Shown here piece after piece: positions 49,149 to 62,971 of a stretch of DNA of 64,000 nucleotides (positions are counted from its first letter, which is position 1; the number at the start of each line of letters is the position of its first letter). The DNA comes from Mytilus edulis (Eukaryota). The DNA lies in NCBI RefSeq assembly GCF_963676685.1, contig NC_092354.1:8494001-8558000 (forward strand). The letters are read 5' to 3'. The notes under the pieces are model-generated. The model saw only the letters and a list, made by a program, of their open reading frames with translations. It did no database searches and was not told the origin of the DNA. A program made the position numbers and the translations under genes.

Positions 49149-51500
49149 AAATTTAGTATTACACCTAGGTAGTCCTGGCAAGGACTACAGCATTCACGAC
49201 CATATCAGATAATCAACCGCGAAAACACACTGTGTAGCGAAATTTAAATAAAAAACTACATTTAAACGGTTTCCTAAATTATAACCGCTGAAATTACTTA
49301 AAAATGCTTGAAAATTGTTCAAAAGAGGGAACAGTTTTATTTGACAAGATAATTCTTTCATGGGTTGGATTAGTGATTAGTAATAATGCATGTAAGGCGG
49401 ATTAATATTGAATCCAAGTGGTCTGTTTTTACCATTTGACAGAAAATTTTCAAAAAGACAAATTGATGTTAAGTAGTTAAATATAATATTCTCCTCGCGT
49501 TTTGATATACAAAATATATTGAAAAGATGTAAACTCTCCTTTTATTTCTTCAGCAAACAATTTTTTAAAATAAATGACATGATTTATTTAGAAATGTATA
49601 CACAACACATAAAATTAGTAATCACCTTGTGCATAATAACTGCATCGAAACGTTTATATATTCAAATTTACTACATGCATGGGGAAACATCTTCTAGATT
49701 TTATTTAATTAGACTAAATGTAAAAATCGTAGGTAGTATTTCACTCAATAAGATTATTCCAACTGCAATTTATGGCTGAAATATTTAAATAAATAATATC
49801 GCAATACAGTTTATTGTTAGATGCAACTTCGAATAGAACAACATTTCGAAGTTTACAATATGCATCATTGATATTTTATTTTAGTTCCCTTATAAAGATG
49901 ATAATTATTCTTAGGGTCCAAATATTTTTAAAGATCACTCCCTGTAAATGCCGTTTTGTTATTATCACATAGTTCTACATTTGATTTTTTCCTGAATTCC
50001 TCCTTAGCCATCAAACTTAAAATCTTCACTTTGTTGTTATCGTCCGTAAGCAGAGTTTGCATCTTCAAATTTCTCTTGAACACAATTAATAATGGAACGA
50101 ATGTAGGACAAAAGGTTACAATATATCTTTTATATTTCATATGGGCTGTACATACATGTAATTATAGGAAAGCTATTTCAAAATATATATTTATATTTTT
50201 TTAATGGTCGTTTGACCGTACTTATTTGTACATTTATTTGCTGTACGGGACGCTCTGTGAACAGTGTTTGGGTGACAATTCTTCGAAGAGAGAAATTAGT
50301 TTATCAGTTTTTTTATGTGAAGGTCGGTTATCATTACTTCGGTTTCTAAACTTATGGCGGTGTCGAGAAAAGATAAATAAGAATTATAGAATGATCTTTT
50401 AGTAATTTAACATTATTTTAATTGTACTTTCTTTTTAATTGATGCTTTAAAGATCATTCCGAGTACGTATGTGTAGAATTTCTCTAAATGTAATTTATTT
50501 TCCGACTTTGTTCCTGAATTTAATCAGTAGGTGAGCAGAGCAGATGTGTAAGGTACTAAAACTTTCCCTTAGGCCGTTGTTGTTAGTAAGATTCCAAGCT
50601 CTATTTAAGTATGAGGGAAAATTGTCTTGGTTACAGTTTCGTAAGGAATACTTATCAGCGGTCAAGAAATATCAACCTCTTTTTGCATGGGTCGACATGG
50701 TCTCCATCGGTAAAACAATCTAATGGACTCTTGCGTAAACTTAGATAGGCCAAGCATTATTGTAGCTGATAACTGGTCAATGCTGTTTTTTTCCCTAATT
50801 TGGAATTGCGCAACTTTGATAAAAAATAATCCGTAAGCAAATCAAATTAATATAATACAATAGCTGTAAAGACCTTAAGTGCATTTTCATCGCCATGTGG
50901 TCTTTGCGTCTGTTTCTCTGTTTGACTTGGACCTTTTCAAATATGTATTTCCTATCTAAGATGGCCGAATTAGTGTAGAAATCAAAGAAACCATACGGTA
51001 CACCAATATTTCAAACTCGTGCATTGCTGCTTTCACATGTTCCTCTACCTTAACATTATTCAGTATGAATCATTCAGGAGAAATGGACCACTATGTGATT
51101 AGAAGTTAAACTAAATGAATTAAAACTAGAATTGTATAATGGAATACAAGAAGGCAGCTTTGAGAATATTATAAGAAAAAATATGTGCACCGTGCGTTTT
51201 TTTCCCCGGCTGAAATACAAAATCGCAAAATTCTGTGAAGATTCTTTCAGAAAATGCACTATTTTAGAGTTACCTCCCTTTAAATTCCACAAATAATCTA
51301 CACTTGTTAAAATATTAATATCCAACGTAAATGTATTATTAATTTGTTCGTTTAAATACAAATTCACAGTAATTATCTGCATGCATGCACAGAAAAATGT
51401 CTTTGGTCTCTCTACAAATCCCACCTTGAACCCAATTTCCGTCCACAACTCTCCCTCTATTGTACTTTCTTTTGCCAAATTTAGCCGCGTCTATTTCGAT

Positions 51501-51857
51501 GGACGAGAACAAGTTAACAATAAAAACAATAGGTAGGTTTGTAATAAAAGAGGTCATCCGGAATGATGGTTGGAGAAATTTGGACTGCCAAAAGAACATG
51601 AGGGTTTAATGGATAGGGACAGGAATTTTTCCTTGCAACAGGCCACCTAAGGACCCCTCAAATAGTTGTTGCAAGGGTTCCTAACGTGAAGAGAGCGTGG
51701 AACACTCTTCACTAGAGGCATCGGATTTAATTCTCACAGAACATGGCTACAAACTTTATACATCCCGCACAGCCAAACGGACTCCCCACTTTGGCAAACG
51801 TTTTACTGCCGGTCGGGAGAAGACCAAATGACTATATATCTTTTCCCGTCACCCTTG
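51501..51857 (-). mobile_element. 430-bp SINE, diverged
   Basis: Reverse-complement similarity to 20382-20750. Confidence 0.85.
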
Positions 51858-52550
51858 TGTTTTTTCGCTGCATCATGTACAATTTTCTGCGTAGAATGCA
51901 GCCATGTTGACTTAGCTGATGACTCTAGATCAACTGTTGGATTTTTCCTCTTGGAGGGGGAGTTTAGGTACCTTCATTTCTGCATGGCAAATATTGGTGT
52001 TCAATGGAGAACAAACTACGGCACTGTCATTGTTTTCCTCCAAGAAGATTATCATCTTTTTAGTATTTTTATTCTTTTTTAGCATGTATTCTCTCCCAGA
52101 TGTTTTACGTTTTCTTTAAAAGAACCTGACGACTATGCGTTTTAAACATCTTCGCCATTCTCTATAAACTTGGCCACATCTATATCGACATTGAGAAGCT
52201 CATCTAAACGAACTCCTGATCTATTAAATACATGAGGTATTTCTTTTTTTTTTGCCAAATATTACTTATAAAAAGAAGATGTGTATAATTGCCAATGAGA
52301 CCACTTGAGACCAAAATGACAAATAAACAACTATAGGTCACCGAACGGCCTTCAACAATGAGCGAAGTTCATACCACATAACCATTTTTTTCATTCTTTT
52401 TGAAGTATTGCAAGGTTACTACATTGTAGCTTCTGCGTTTCTTTCCCTGCATCTTCGTACAAAATTAGAGATAAAGATATTGACAAAGAGGGATAAATAA
52501 AATACAAGGAAATAAACTCATCATAGATACCAGGACTAAATTTTATATAT

Positions 52551-52592
52551 ACGCCAGACGCGCGTTTCGTTTACAAAAGACACATCAGTGAC
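52551..52592 (-). ncRNA. Mutated minimal type I hammerhead within an interspersed repeat
   Basis: GUCA-CUGAUGu-GUC(uuuugua)aAC-GAAA-C(GCGC)G-UC|UGGC, with a core A9 substitution and a stem II mismatch. Complementary partial copies at 56615-56633 (-, intact CUGAUGA) and 61008-61042 (+, intact stem II/GAAA/GUC). Confidence 0.75.
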
Positions 52593-52658
52593 TACATAGA
52601 CATATCATACTGTATAAAATCAACAAAAGACAAGTTTCACAATGTCCATTTTCAAGAA

Positions 52659-53072
52659 CCCCAAGGGTGACTGGGGTGTAGAAATATGGTCACTTGGTCT
52701 TCTCCCGACCGGCAGTAAAACGCTTGCCGAAGTGGGGCGTCCGTTTGGCTTTGCGGGATGTATCAAGTTCGCAGTCACGTCCGGTCAGAAGGGGGACGTT
52801 AAAAAAAAGAGCCACGCTCTTTGCACGTGAAGAACCCTTGCAACAACTCTTTGAGGGATCCGTAGGTGGCCTGTTGCAAGGCAAAATGTCTGTCCCTATC
52901 CAATATACCCTCATTTTCCAGTGGCAGTCTAAATTTCCCCGACCATCATCACAGATGGCCTCTATTGTATCAACCTACCTATTGTATTTATTGTGAACTT
53001 GTTCTCGTCCTGAATATGCATGACATATTTGCATCTGGACGTTAAGCAACCAACAATCCATCAATTAATCAA
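52659..53072 (+). mobile_element. 430-bp SINE, near full length
   Basis: 13-bp TSD TCC(A/G)TTTTCAAGA at 52645-52657 and 53073-53085. Confidence 0.9.
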
Positions 53073-53677
53073 TCCGTTTTCAAGACACGTTTAAAAATAA
53101 ATCTCTCTTATCAGTTGATAACGAAGCTCAGGGTGTATCGATTATTTCCGGCTTATGTAACTGACAATGACATTGTATGAAACAAAACGCAAATCTTTTC
53201 TCTCGATCAATTAGATGAGATTTGCAAAATTAAAAGAAATTTTGAGAGTAAAAGTGCATCGGGAACTAAACAAATTCTTGCAAGGTGTAAGCACCAGATC
53301 CCGTGGTAGACGATCGTGAAATAACAGCTGATGAGAGGTCAAACAGGGTCACCGATATTGATATTGAAGACAGTTTCAATCCCCAAATTAGTTTGAATTC
53401 TGTCAAGGAAATACGATTTAATGAACCAAATGTAACGGCAAAAGGACGCAGTGGGAAACAGACCAGCGGAATTTTCCCCCGTGTATACCAATACCTGGTT
53501 TAAAGAACAAAAAAATACGGAGACTTAGGCAGAGTTCGGATGGTTTTTTTGGGGAACTTTTGAGTCGGGTCCATGACATACTATTCTAAATTATGAAGCG
53601 CTTTCCATTTGAACGCATTTTTCGATCTCGAGTAACTCTCTGACATGGCCGACTATATAAATGTTTTATTTACTTAA

Positions 53678-53910
53678 ATGAATGTTTTCATTGTTGATGA
53701 TACTGAAAAGAATATTGTATCGCACAATAAAAATTCATTACAAATGCTGATGTCACTTTACAGCACAGAACGGAGAACATTGTCCAAAATACATGAATAT
53801 GTTGAAAACAATATCCCACAATTTGAAGAGGAAGATTTCGACACTCATTACCGTATTGGTCGCGAAGTGTTATATGAAATATTCGAACGCATAACCCCAG
53901 ATCTTATGGT
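53678..53910 (+). pseudogene. PIF/Harbinger transposase N-terminal remnant
   Basis: YVENNIPQFEEEDFDTHYRIGREVLYEIFERITPDL matches the F..HFR.SR..F..L pattern. Confidence 0.55.
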
Positions 53911-56900
53911 GGCGGTGTTGAGCAAACAACACCAACTAAGCAGTTTTTTTAATCTGTTGTGTCGACACCAAGAACGTGAGCACAATCCCTAACTTTTAAT
54001 AGGTAGTAATCACTGTTTGGGTCATCTGTGTAAACGGCAATGACTTGTCCAGAAGAGACAATGAACCGTTCAGATCATTCTTCTCTCTCAATTTTGAGCT
54101 ACGTGTCGTATTGCTATAAATCGTCAAAAACTTATAAAAACAATTGTATACTATCAAAATGAATATGTTTACACTATATATACATAAAAAAGGTAAGTAT
54201 ACGTGACTTACATCGTGGCATCAGAGGGATTGTCCAAGAGAAAATTATCGTGACTTGACGGAAGTTTATAAAAATTGTAATACAAAAAATACAGTCTGAT
54301 TTCTTTCCGGAAAATAAATGAATGTGAAACATGAGACATGACAATTCGACTCCTCGACGTAGACGGAGTCATGGTCATCGTCATTATACATCTACCTCTC
54401 TGCATGATGTCTCTAATAATGACTTTTATACAAAGGCGTTAGGTAATCATCAAATCAAAGTCGGACGTCCGTTTGGTAGTGCGGGATGTTTTAAAGGTAA
54501 ACGGACAGAAAGAATGTAGGAACAAAATTCACAGGAATGAAAGTCACGGAAATAGGTCATAAAAGGTATATTTTGGAGAATATATTTAAGGCAGTCAAAA
54601 ATAATTTTACCTGCTTGATTTTTCTTTTTCTAAACATTTTTCATTGGACTTTTGCTGTCGTCCTTACTTCTTGGTTTTGCGAAAGCGTCGACCATGTGCA
54701 TAATACGCTGTCATCATTGCAGAAGTTAAAATACTATGTATTTCCGTTGGTGACCTACATGTAAATGAATGTCCTAATAGTAGCATTATTATTTCAATTT
54801 AAAAGGAATACATGAGGAAGTAAAATAAAACAAATCAATAAATCTGAAATCAGGTTAACATGTTATTTCTTGAAAATATTGTGCGATTTAGAGAGTGTTA
54901 TGAACGCCGGGGTTTAATCACTCAACCATCAGAGAAGAAGGAACAAGAGGCTTAAATCATCTAAAATAAAGTGAAACCCAGCATATTATTGTGATATGAA
55001 TTATTCTCTAACCTGCTGTCGAGAATTAACTGTCGCTAATGCTATACCAACTCTAGCCTCTGACACGTTGATTCCTTTTGCTTGATAAATGGCCTGTCAT
55101 CGTTTTCCGACCGTATGTGGGTTCTACCTGAAAATAACACACATCACGTTTTAATTGTAACTACTAGTATATGTTCCATGTAGTAAACTGTAATAAAATT
55201 ATCACTTCAATCTTGTTCCCCCTTTATTAAATTATCAGCAATGTAGTGTGCCTTATATTTAAATGTTATTTATAAAACTGAAACTCAATGCTTATTACCA
55301 GAAAAAAAACCAGATAAAGTTAGAATTGGGGTAACATCACTTTTGCTTTTTTTAGTTACTTCCTTTTATAGATTGAAAAAAAAACCTAATAAGTTGTGGT
55401 TTCCATTTTCTATTATCTCAGTTTGTTTGCAAGAAATGTTATGAAACTTATACAATGATAAAAAAAACTTGGACTAGTTCATCCATATTTATTCTTCTTT
55501 TTTAAAAACTGAAAGACAACATAATTACACAGCAAAGAGCTTGTTTAATGACATTATTTAACATTCTAAGATCAGTTTGTAATAGATACAAGAATTGCCG
55601 CGTACGTGAAGGTTACACCAAAACAGAAAAGATGGAAAGCAAAGGCTATACCCACAACATTTAACTATAACAAGTCGGGGGAAAGACTTCTGCCCTGGAA
55701 ACCAGCCCAAGTAAAAGGAAGCGAGTCAGACATGCATCTAGAGCATTGGAAAAGAGACGGAGATTAGAGGTATCAATATTTCATTTCATTATTTTTGTAA
55801 TACGGGATAATATATCCATTGCAATGACAAACAGCCAAGATAATTATTGCTGCGATTAAAAAATTTAAAAAGTAATACATAAAATGATCTTCCAAATTTT
55901 CTTTGAAAATAGAAATAATTGATGATGAACTAGAGATATAAGCGATAGAAGCTAACACTAAAACAAATAGTAAAAAGTAATCAGTTCAGTGAAGAACCAA
56001 ACTAACTGAAAAGAGAATAAACAAATAACAGTTATACAGACTTTTTTTTTGGGAACATGATGCTATGATGAGTTACAAATCAAGTATTTAGCATTTAAAT
56101 CTTCTAAATTTTGTCAAAATACAAGCTTTTGACTATAATAATTGTTTCATATTTACACCTTTCCAGACTTTCTTTAATCTGTTAAGTTCTTCTATGGTTA
56201 TTTATACCAATAAATTTGTTAATTGTCAGTAACCGCTAGCAGTCCTCTGTTTGTTGTTTTTATGTTTAATTTGTTATATTCCCTACTTTTATTTTTGATT
56301 TAAATCTTTTTTTTCTTGATTTGAATCATGTGTTATTGTGTATTAAGTTGTCTGCATTTCCTAGAGGAACGGGAGGCTAGGATGCTATGCAAACCGAATA
56401 AATGTTATCGATGAAAGATACTGTTACAACAGTGATGCACCCACGAAGCAAACTTTTTGACATACTTAAAAGATTACATCTTCAACTATCTATAAAAATC
56501 GGTTCAATGCATTGTTGAATACAATAAAGTAAACAATAAGGAGAGTGACCGAACAAAAGTGTATCATAAATAAACTCATCATAGATACCAGGACTAAATT
56601 TTGTATATACAAAAGTCTCATCAGTGACGCTCGAATCCAAAAGAGTCAAAAAGGCCAAATAAAGAACGAAGTTGAAGAGCATCATCTCACACGTAGTTTC
56701 CTCTGCTTTTGTCTGCCTCAAATTACGGAACTTTTTTTTCTGAAATCAATTCTACACTTCACGAATGCTACTACACCGACTCTTTTAAGATCAAACATTC
56801 AATCTCATGTAGCACTGACATGTTGAACTCTCTGAACTCCTTTGGATGGCAAGTATCCGTTGAAAAGATCTTCTTCATCAACTGTTCTGGTTTTAGCAAA

Positions 56901-57849
56901 GCATGCAAAAGATAATGCAATCTTGGAAACGCAAAGTTTGTTACACACCCTGCAAATTAAGGAGGGAGAACCAACTTATCAAATTGAAAACCGGCGCACT
57001 TTTACCATGTGATCAACAAATTCAGATGACAGTGGCTGTCCATGTCAATGATGCATTTTCCTCTATGTGTTCTTGGACACATCCTCCTGCCACACGACCC
57101 ATTGGACATTGGGAATGTTAGCTTACAGGGTTAAAACAATCAGAGATACTGATTAACGGTCATCATAGCGATTTTGTCAAATCCACTTTCCTGTTAAATA
57201 CATATTTCTCGGTAGTAGTTTGTGATTTCCGTGTGAAAATTTTATAAATTGGCATCGTATCAATGTATGCTTTATAATGAAAATGCTATAGAAAGACTTT
57301 AACAGACATTACATATACTGACCGTGAATGCAGTTACGGTCATCAACTCCAGTGGTCCAAATTTGATTAAACAAGAATTTTCCAAATATATTATTTTTTA
57401 TACCAAAACATTCGTAAAGTTCAATTAATTGCATATATAAATTCAACAATAGCAAAGTAACATAAAATACAGCAGAGTCGACCTGAGTATGTGACTATCA
57501 TCCGAATCAGTATCAACCACCCTTGGGATTTGAAACGAGCTAGACAACGGATGTACTATAGTTGTTGTAGCTGGCAACATAGGTAATGCGAATCTCTTGG
57601 ACGCATCGAATAGCCTCTTTCTTAAGCAATTTGCAACCGGTAGAAAAGTGGTCTTCCTGACTACTCTGCCTTGAATAAGGTAGCTTGAATTCATCACAGA
57701 TATGCTTGGTTTGCTGGTCTTGGATTTCGAAGGTTCTCCAAGTACATCAGATAGGGCCCCTGGATTCTGTTCCTACCATTCGCCGTCCGTATCTTCAGTG
57801 GCTGGTAAGAGTGCTGCATGTCCCGTAAAATCACTCTTCAGCCATTCAG

Positions 57850-58078
57850 ATAATTTAATAGACAGATCCATTTCATCTGTAACTGTAATATTTACATATA
57901 TATATATATATATCAGAACCAATAACATAAATAATTTAATAGACAGATTCATTTCATCTGTAACTGTAATATTTACATATATATATATATCAGAAAAAAT
58001 AACAAAAATAATTTAATAGACAGATTCATTTCATCTGTAACTGTATTATTTACATATATATCACAGAACCAATAACAA
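57850..58078. repeat. ~80-bp tandem repeat, 3 copies, with (TA)n
   Basis: TAATTTAATAGACAGAT(C/T)CATTTCATCTGTAACTGTAATATTTACATATAT units. Confidence 0.85.
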
Positions 58079-58385
58079 ACACATCAACTGAAATAAAATA
58101 TATTACTTAAAATTTATGATTGCAAATTTTTTTTTCTTTCATATTCAAAGTGGCATAATATTTTTGGCATGCAAGGCATACAAGACAGACAAAAAACATG
58201 TACGAAACAATAAACCCCTGATAGATTTTATAACAAAACTAACTTTTACGTCTATGTAATAATTTAGTATAAACTATTCAAAATTGAAATGTTCAAATAA
58301 TAATTGTAGGCCATATGACTGAGAAATAAAATCTTATTATTGGCTACAACATTAGGGCATTTAATGTGGAGTCATTAATTTAAGG

Positions 58386-58544
58386 TCAACAGTGTTGACA
58401 ATTCCAAACAGCCTCTTCTGTCATCTGCTTGAACCTTGAATAGGTCAGCCCAGAACAAGCACGATGAAACCAACGCTCACAACCACAACACTAGGTCCAT
58501 AAGGCTCCTGGCCTTCCAATTCTGTTGCACTTGCCACACTTATT
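58386..58544 (-). pseudogene. Terminal PHD-finger exon with a premature stop
   Basis: ttttcAG|NKCGKCNRIGRPGALWT*CCGCERWFHRACSGLT...WNCQHC*. Confidence 0.7.
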
Positions 58545-59879
58545 CTGAAAAAAAAATGTAACAAAGTTATAAGAAATTCACAAACCAAACAGCTGCAATA
58601 GTCAGCATACAACAAGTCTTGAAAGTTTTCCTATCATCTGTAACCGTGTACATAACGTCAGGTGCTTGTGACCATGTGACTGAAAAATATGTGTTCATGT
58701 ATATAATAATATATATGTCGTCTGTCCAATAGTCCAATTGTGCCATTCTTAATCTTATTTGCTACTGCTGGGTTACTACTTTCCTTTTTGAGTATGCTAA
58801 ATCTTTCCAAATTGCATTTAAAAAGCCATTTATTGCACAAAACATTTCACAAAACTTAAGGTACAAACATTCATGAGTTTCTTGCTATATAGCTGTTAAT
58901 TTTCCTTTTTAAGTGCTTTAAACTAATCAATTATGGACCCTCCATTGACAATAATAGTGCTATGGTGTGTGACTGGTGTAATCAATTAGGCTCTGTCAAT
59001 GAACAATAAACAGCTGCGCCATGAGCGCATGATACGCCCGACGTCTTGTGTACAGTATACAGATCTTCAGATTAATATAACAAAGACCTGTGTAAAGTTT
59101 GAAGCAATAATCAGAAATCGTTTTTGAGATATGTTGCGACATGTAAAACATCCTCCCCCTTTTTTACAAAATACTCAATAACCCTCTTGGAAGCTCTCTA
59201 AACCTCCTGAACTTACATCTTGTACCAAAAAAACATAATCCACTTTAGCCAAGCTTGCACATATTTATTGTATAAAAAAAAGAATTGAATGCTTCCAACA
59301 CAATTGTCAAATAACACCATCGAACACGTCTCCCTTTTGACAAACTCGATGAATGCGTCTCTATGTGATATTGTTTAGTACTGGCATGATGAAAAACGGT
59401 GATCTTGGGTGTTACATTGTCACTTTAAAAACAATCCTTCATCAGATTAATTCTGTTTCACTGGCTAATGATTTCCTGCTGACAGTTGTTTTACAATATC
59501 TTGCCTCAATGGAGTAGAAAAAAACATTATCAAGATGTTTAGGGTTTTGTATATCGTAAGGTTCATGGTATCGTTAAGCGTTTTATTTGTCGTACGGTTC
59601 ATGGTATGGTTTAGCGTTTCGTATATCGTATGATATGTGATATCGTTTAGCGTTTCATCAACCGTATGGTACATCGTGTTGTTAAGTGTCTAATATATAT
59701 GTTAGGGTTTTATTTTAGAAGTTATTTCAGTTTAAACTTAATTAGGAAACACAATGCGGAAAAACATGTATTGGAATTTTAAATGACTTTAGTTCCCAGA
59801 CTGATACTTTAACAACAGAAAAAAAAAACAACCTTATACTTTATACCCTAACACGGATGCTGAAGTAAATGCCACACTG

Positions 59880-60777
59880 CCATTTTTAACTGTTGACGAT
59901 CTCAATAGTGAGGAAGTTACATTTTATACAAGTTTACACAATAAGCCGACATTTTATTTATTGTATGAACATATAATGTCAAATATAAAAATTGTTGAGC
60001 CACAGACTGGAGGCAGACCTCAAAAACTAAGAGGTGTGGAAGAATTATTTATGGCTTTAATGCGGCTGCGTCTGGGTTTACATACTCAGGACTTGGCACG
60101 TCGTTTTAATATTTATGTTTCTACTTGTAGTAAAATATTTAACACATGGATTGATTTAATGTATGAACATTAACATTTTCTTGTTGCCTGGCCTGAAACT
60201 GTCAAATGTAATATGCCTGGCAGTTTTAAAAGGAGGTATCCAAATTGTGTAATTGTAGATTGATTGATTGATTGTTGGTTGCTTAACGTCCAGTGGCAAA
60301 TATTTCATGCATATTCAGGACGAGAACAAGTTCACAATAAATACAATAGGTAGGTTGTTGTAATAGAGGCCATCTAGGATGATGGTCGGGGAAATTTGGA
60401 CTGCCACTGGAAAATGAGGGTATATTGGATAGGGACAGAAATTTTGCCTTGCAACAGGCCACCTACGGACCCCTCAAAGAGTTGTTGCAAGGGTTCTTAA
60501 CGTGCAATGAGCGTGGCACTCTCTTTACACGAGGCATCGGATTTAACGTCCCCTTCTGACGGACGTGACTGCGAACTTGATACATCCCGCACAGCCAAAC
60601 GGACGCCCCACTTCAGCAAGCGTTTTACTGCCGGTCGGGAGAAGACCAAGTGACCATATTTCTATACCCCAGTCACCCTTGGGGTGTGTAATTGTAGATT
60701 GTACTGCAATATTCACAGGAACGCAACAGTTATTATCTAATAAAGGAAGAATGTACTCGACTACAAGTCACATATGA
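59880..60777 (+). pseudogene. ISL2EU/Harbinger-type transposase remnant split by a SINE
   Basis: FYTSL...GRPQKLRGVEELFMALMRLRLGL..DLARRFNI..STCSKIFNTWI...WP...MPGSFKRRYPNC|VIVDCT (HTH_Tnp_4 plus the start of DDE_Tnp_4). Confidence 0.85.
60263..60684 (-). mobile_element. 430-bp SINE, full length, young
   Basis: Perfect 17-bp TSD TGTGTAATTGTAGATTG at 60246-60262 and 60685-60701. Confidence 0.95.
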
Positions 60778-61984
60778 CATCATAAATTAATGAACTCGAT
60801 TGATTAATGTCGTCTATGTCGCTAAATTCCATTTGTGAACAGTCACGAATAGTTGAATATGCAGAGGGTTTATGGTCGAGCATTACAGGCTAAACAGTAT
60901 CACTGTCATCTTCGTCGATAGTATAAACGGTTTCAGATCTGCTGGATTACCTTAAACCGAGGATATTTTACTGTCCTGCCTTGATATCTCCCGCCTTACA
61001 GTTAGTTATGAGTCTTATGAAGACGAAACGCTCGTCTGGCGTACTAAATTATAATCCTGGTACCTTTGATAACTATTAACCAGTAATGATTCAACTAGAT
61101 GTGATTTATAACTGTTCTGATTTATAGAATTTATTCCATGATGATATAGGTTGTATACATATGTTTTTTTGGTAAACTACTGAAATACAAATAAAGGATC
61201 ATTCTTTTAGCGTTCTAAAAAGAATAATAAGATCAGTTAATTTTCTTTCCTATTACTCTTCAAATATGTATATCTTGAATCACTAACCTGAATAAGGCGT
61301 CGTAAACGTTCTCTTGTTCTGAGGAAATGTTTTATATAAAAATATTATTCAGCAATTGTTTTGTGTTAGTTCCGTTTATGATTCTAAAATGATCCTTTAA
61401 CAATGTCCATGTACTTTGAAATATATTTCTGCAACATTTAAATGTTTCCGGTTTCTGCAGCATATAAGTAAATGTGTTAAAAGCTCATCTTACGGCTACC
61501 TGAAAAGCGCTTATACCCGACCACGTTAAGCGGAATGTATGGGGCAAAACTGTTTGAACAAATTCGCGTATCCGGCGAAACTTGCTTTGTAATAAGCAAC
61601 CGAAAGAATCGGATTCCCTTTATCATTCGGTAGTATAATTATTCTATTTGGTAGTCCCAGATAATCAAAATTCAGTTATACTTGATTTTCCGTCGAAATA
61701 CACTTTTTCCATAACATAACATGGAGCAAGTTTTGTAATAATGCTTCCTTATTATGTACTTGTAGTATTCGGAGGGTTAGTTTTAGGTAATCAGACAAAG
61801 CATCTAGAGATGTCCGAAGCACTTCCCAGAAACCATTCTCTTCCGGTTGAACTACTGGCTTAATGCAGACGTCTATTATAACTAGAAGAGCAAGGAACGA
61901 CTATCCAAGGTATATATCGGTCTTGAGATATACTCGGGATCACAACATTGACCCTGCTCGCAGTTCACACCAACAAGAGTAGCT

Positions 61985-62200
61985 AATTTAATTCCCAAAT
62001 ATGCCTTCATTTCATGTAATGTCCATCCATTTTCCTTTGTTCTGCACAGGGTCACTTTCAATTTTGGTAGTTGCATTTTCTGGGTCCATTCACAAATTTT
62101 ATTAAACAGTTCATCAGTAAGGAGAACTGAAAATAGTTCAAGGCTGTATTACTTCTATCCAGCACTCGACGTGGACCAGATATGCCAGTCTATTACAAGT
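61985..62200 (-). pseudogene. piggyBac (PGBD-like) transposase N-terminal remnant
   Basis: GPRRVLDRSNTALNYFQ/LLTDELFNKICEWT/ATTK...KWMDIT/EMKAYLGI, read across frameshifts. Confidence 0.7.
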
Positions 62201-62269
62201 TTTGAATGTCAAACTGGACATTTTGAAAGTTCAGGGGAGGTTCCCTTATGTAATCCGGCAAAAAAACCA

Positions 62270-62581
62270 TCCAGTGACATTTGGCATGCATATTCAGGAC
62301 GAGAACGACACAACAAATTCAATGCTCAGGTGGTGTCAAAGATGCAATCCGGGATGATTGTCGACGAATGTTGGACTCCCACTGGAAAATATGGATATGT
62401 GGCCTTGCAACAGGCTTCATGTGGACCCTAAAATAGTTGTCCGGGCTCTTAACGTGTACAAAACGTTCCACAAGACATCGAATTTAACGTCCCAACTCTG
62501 ACCGAACGTTACTCAAAATTGATTCATCCCACACAGGCAAACAGACGCCCCTACTTTAACCAGCGTTTTACTATTGGTCGG
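62270..62581 (-). mobile_element. Old, heavily diverged copy of the 430-bp SINE
   Basis: GCATATTCAGGACGAGAAC, CCACTGGAAAAT, CCTTGCAACAGGC, TTTAACGTCCC in colinear order. Confidence 0.75.
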
Positions 62582-62971
62582 ACTGACTTATTGATTGTTG
62601 GTTGCTTTCAAACTCAACTGCGTAGTCATTATCTGGACCTTGATTTTCCGCCACTGTTAGAGCGGAGCTTGGGATTGCTGAATTGTGTATTTCAACTACA
62701 ACTTCTAGGTTTGTTAAATCTTTTCTGGGGAAGCAATTGGCGTCACATTTATGGTCAGTTGAAGAACTGGACTAGAGTTGTTTGGAACACTTTCAAAACT
62801 CATTCAAAACGGTGTTCATAATTTTTTGATCGGCCATTGTTGTTCCTGTCAAATGCTTCTAAAGAGCTAAAAGTTTCTTTGGGAATGGCTAATGTATTCC
62901 AGTGGTGAATTCCTGTTGATTTTAACCCCGCTACTATGGTAACTCTTGTAAAGGCCTTCTCATATGCCTGT

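Noticed and set aside
50450-51050. Possible PIF1/Helitron helicase relic on the minus strand
   Set aside because: Many stops and no intact helicase motif could be read.
55585-55775. THAP-domain tail (KAKAIPTTF)
   Set aside because: A single short motif without the C2CH signature.
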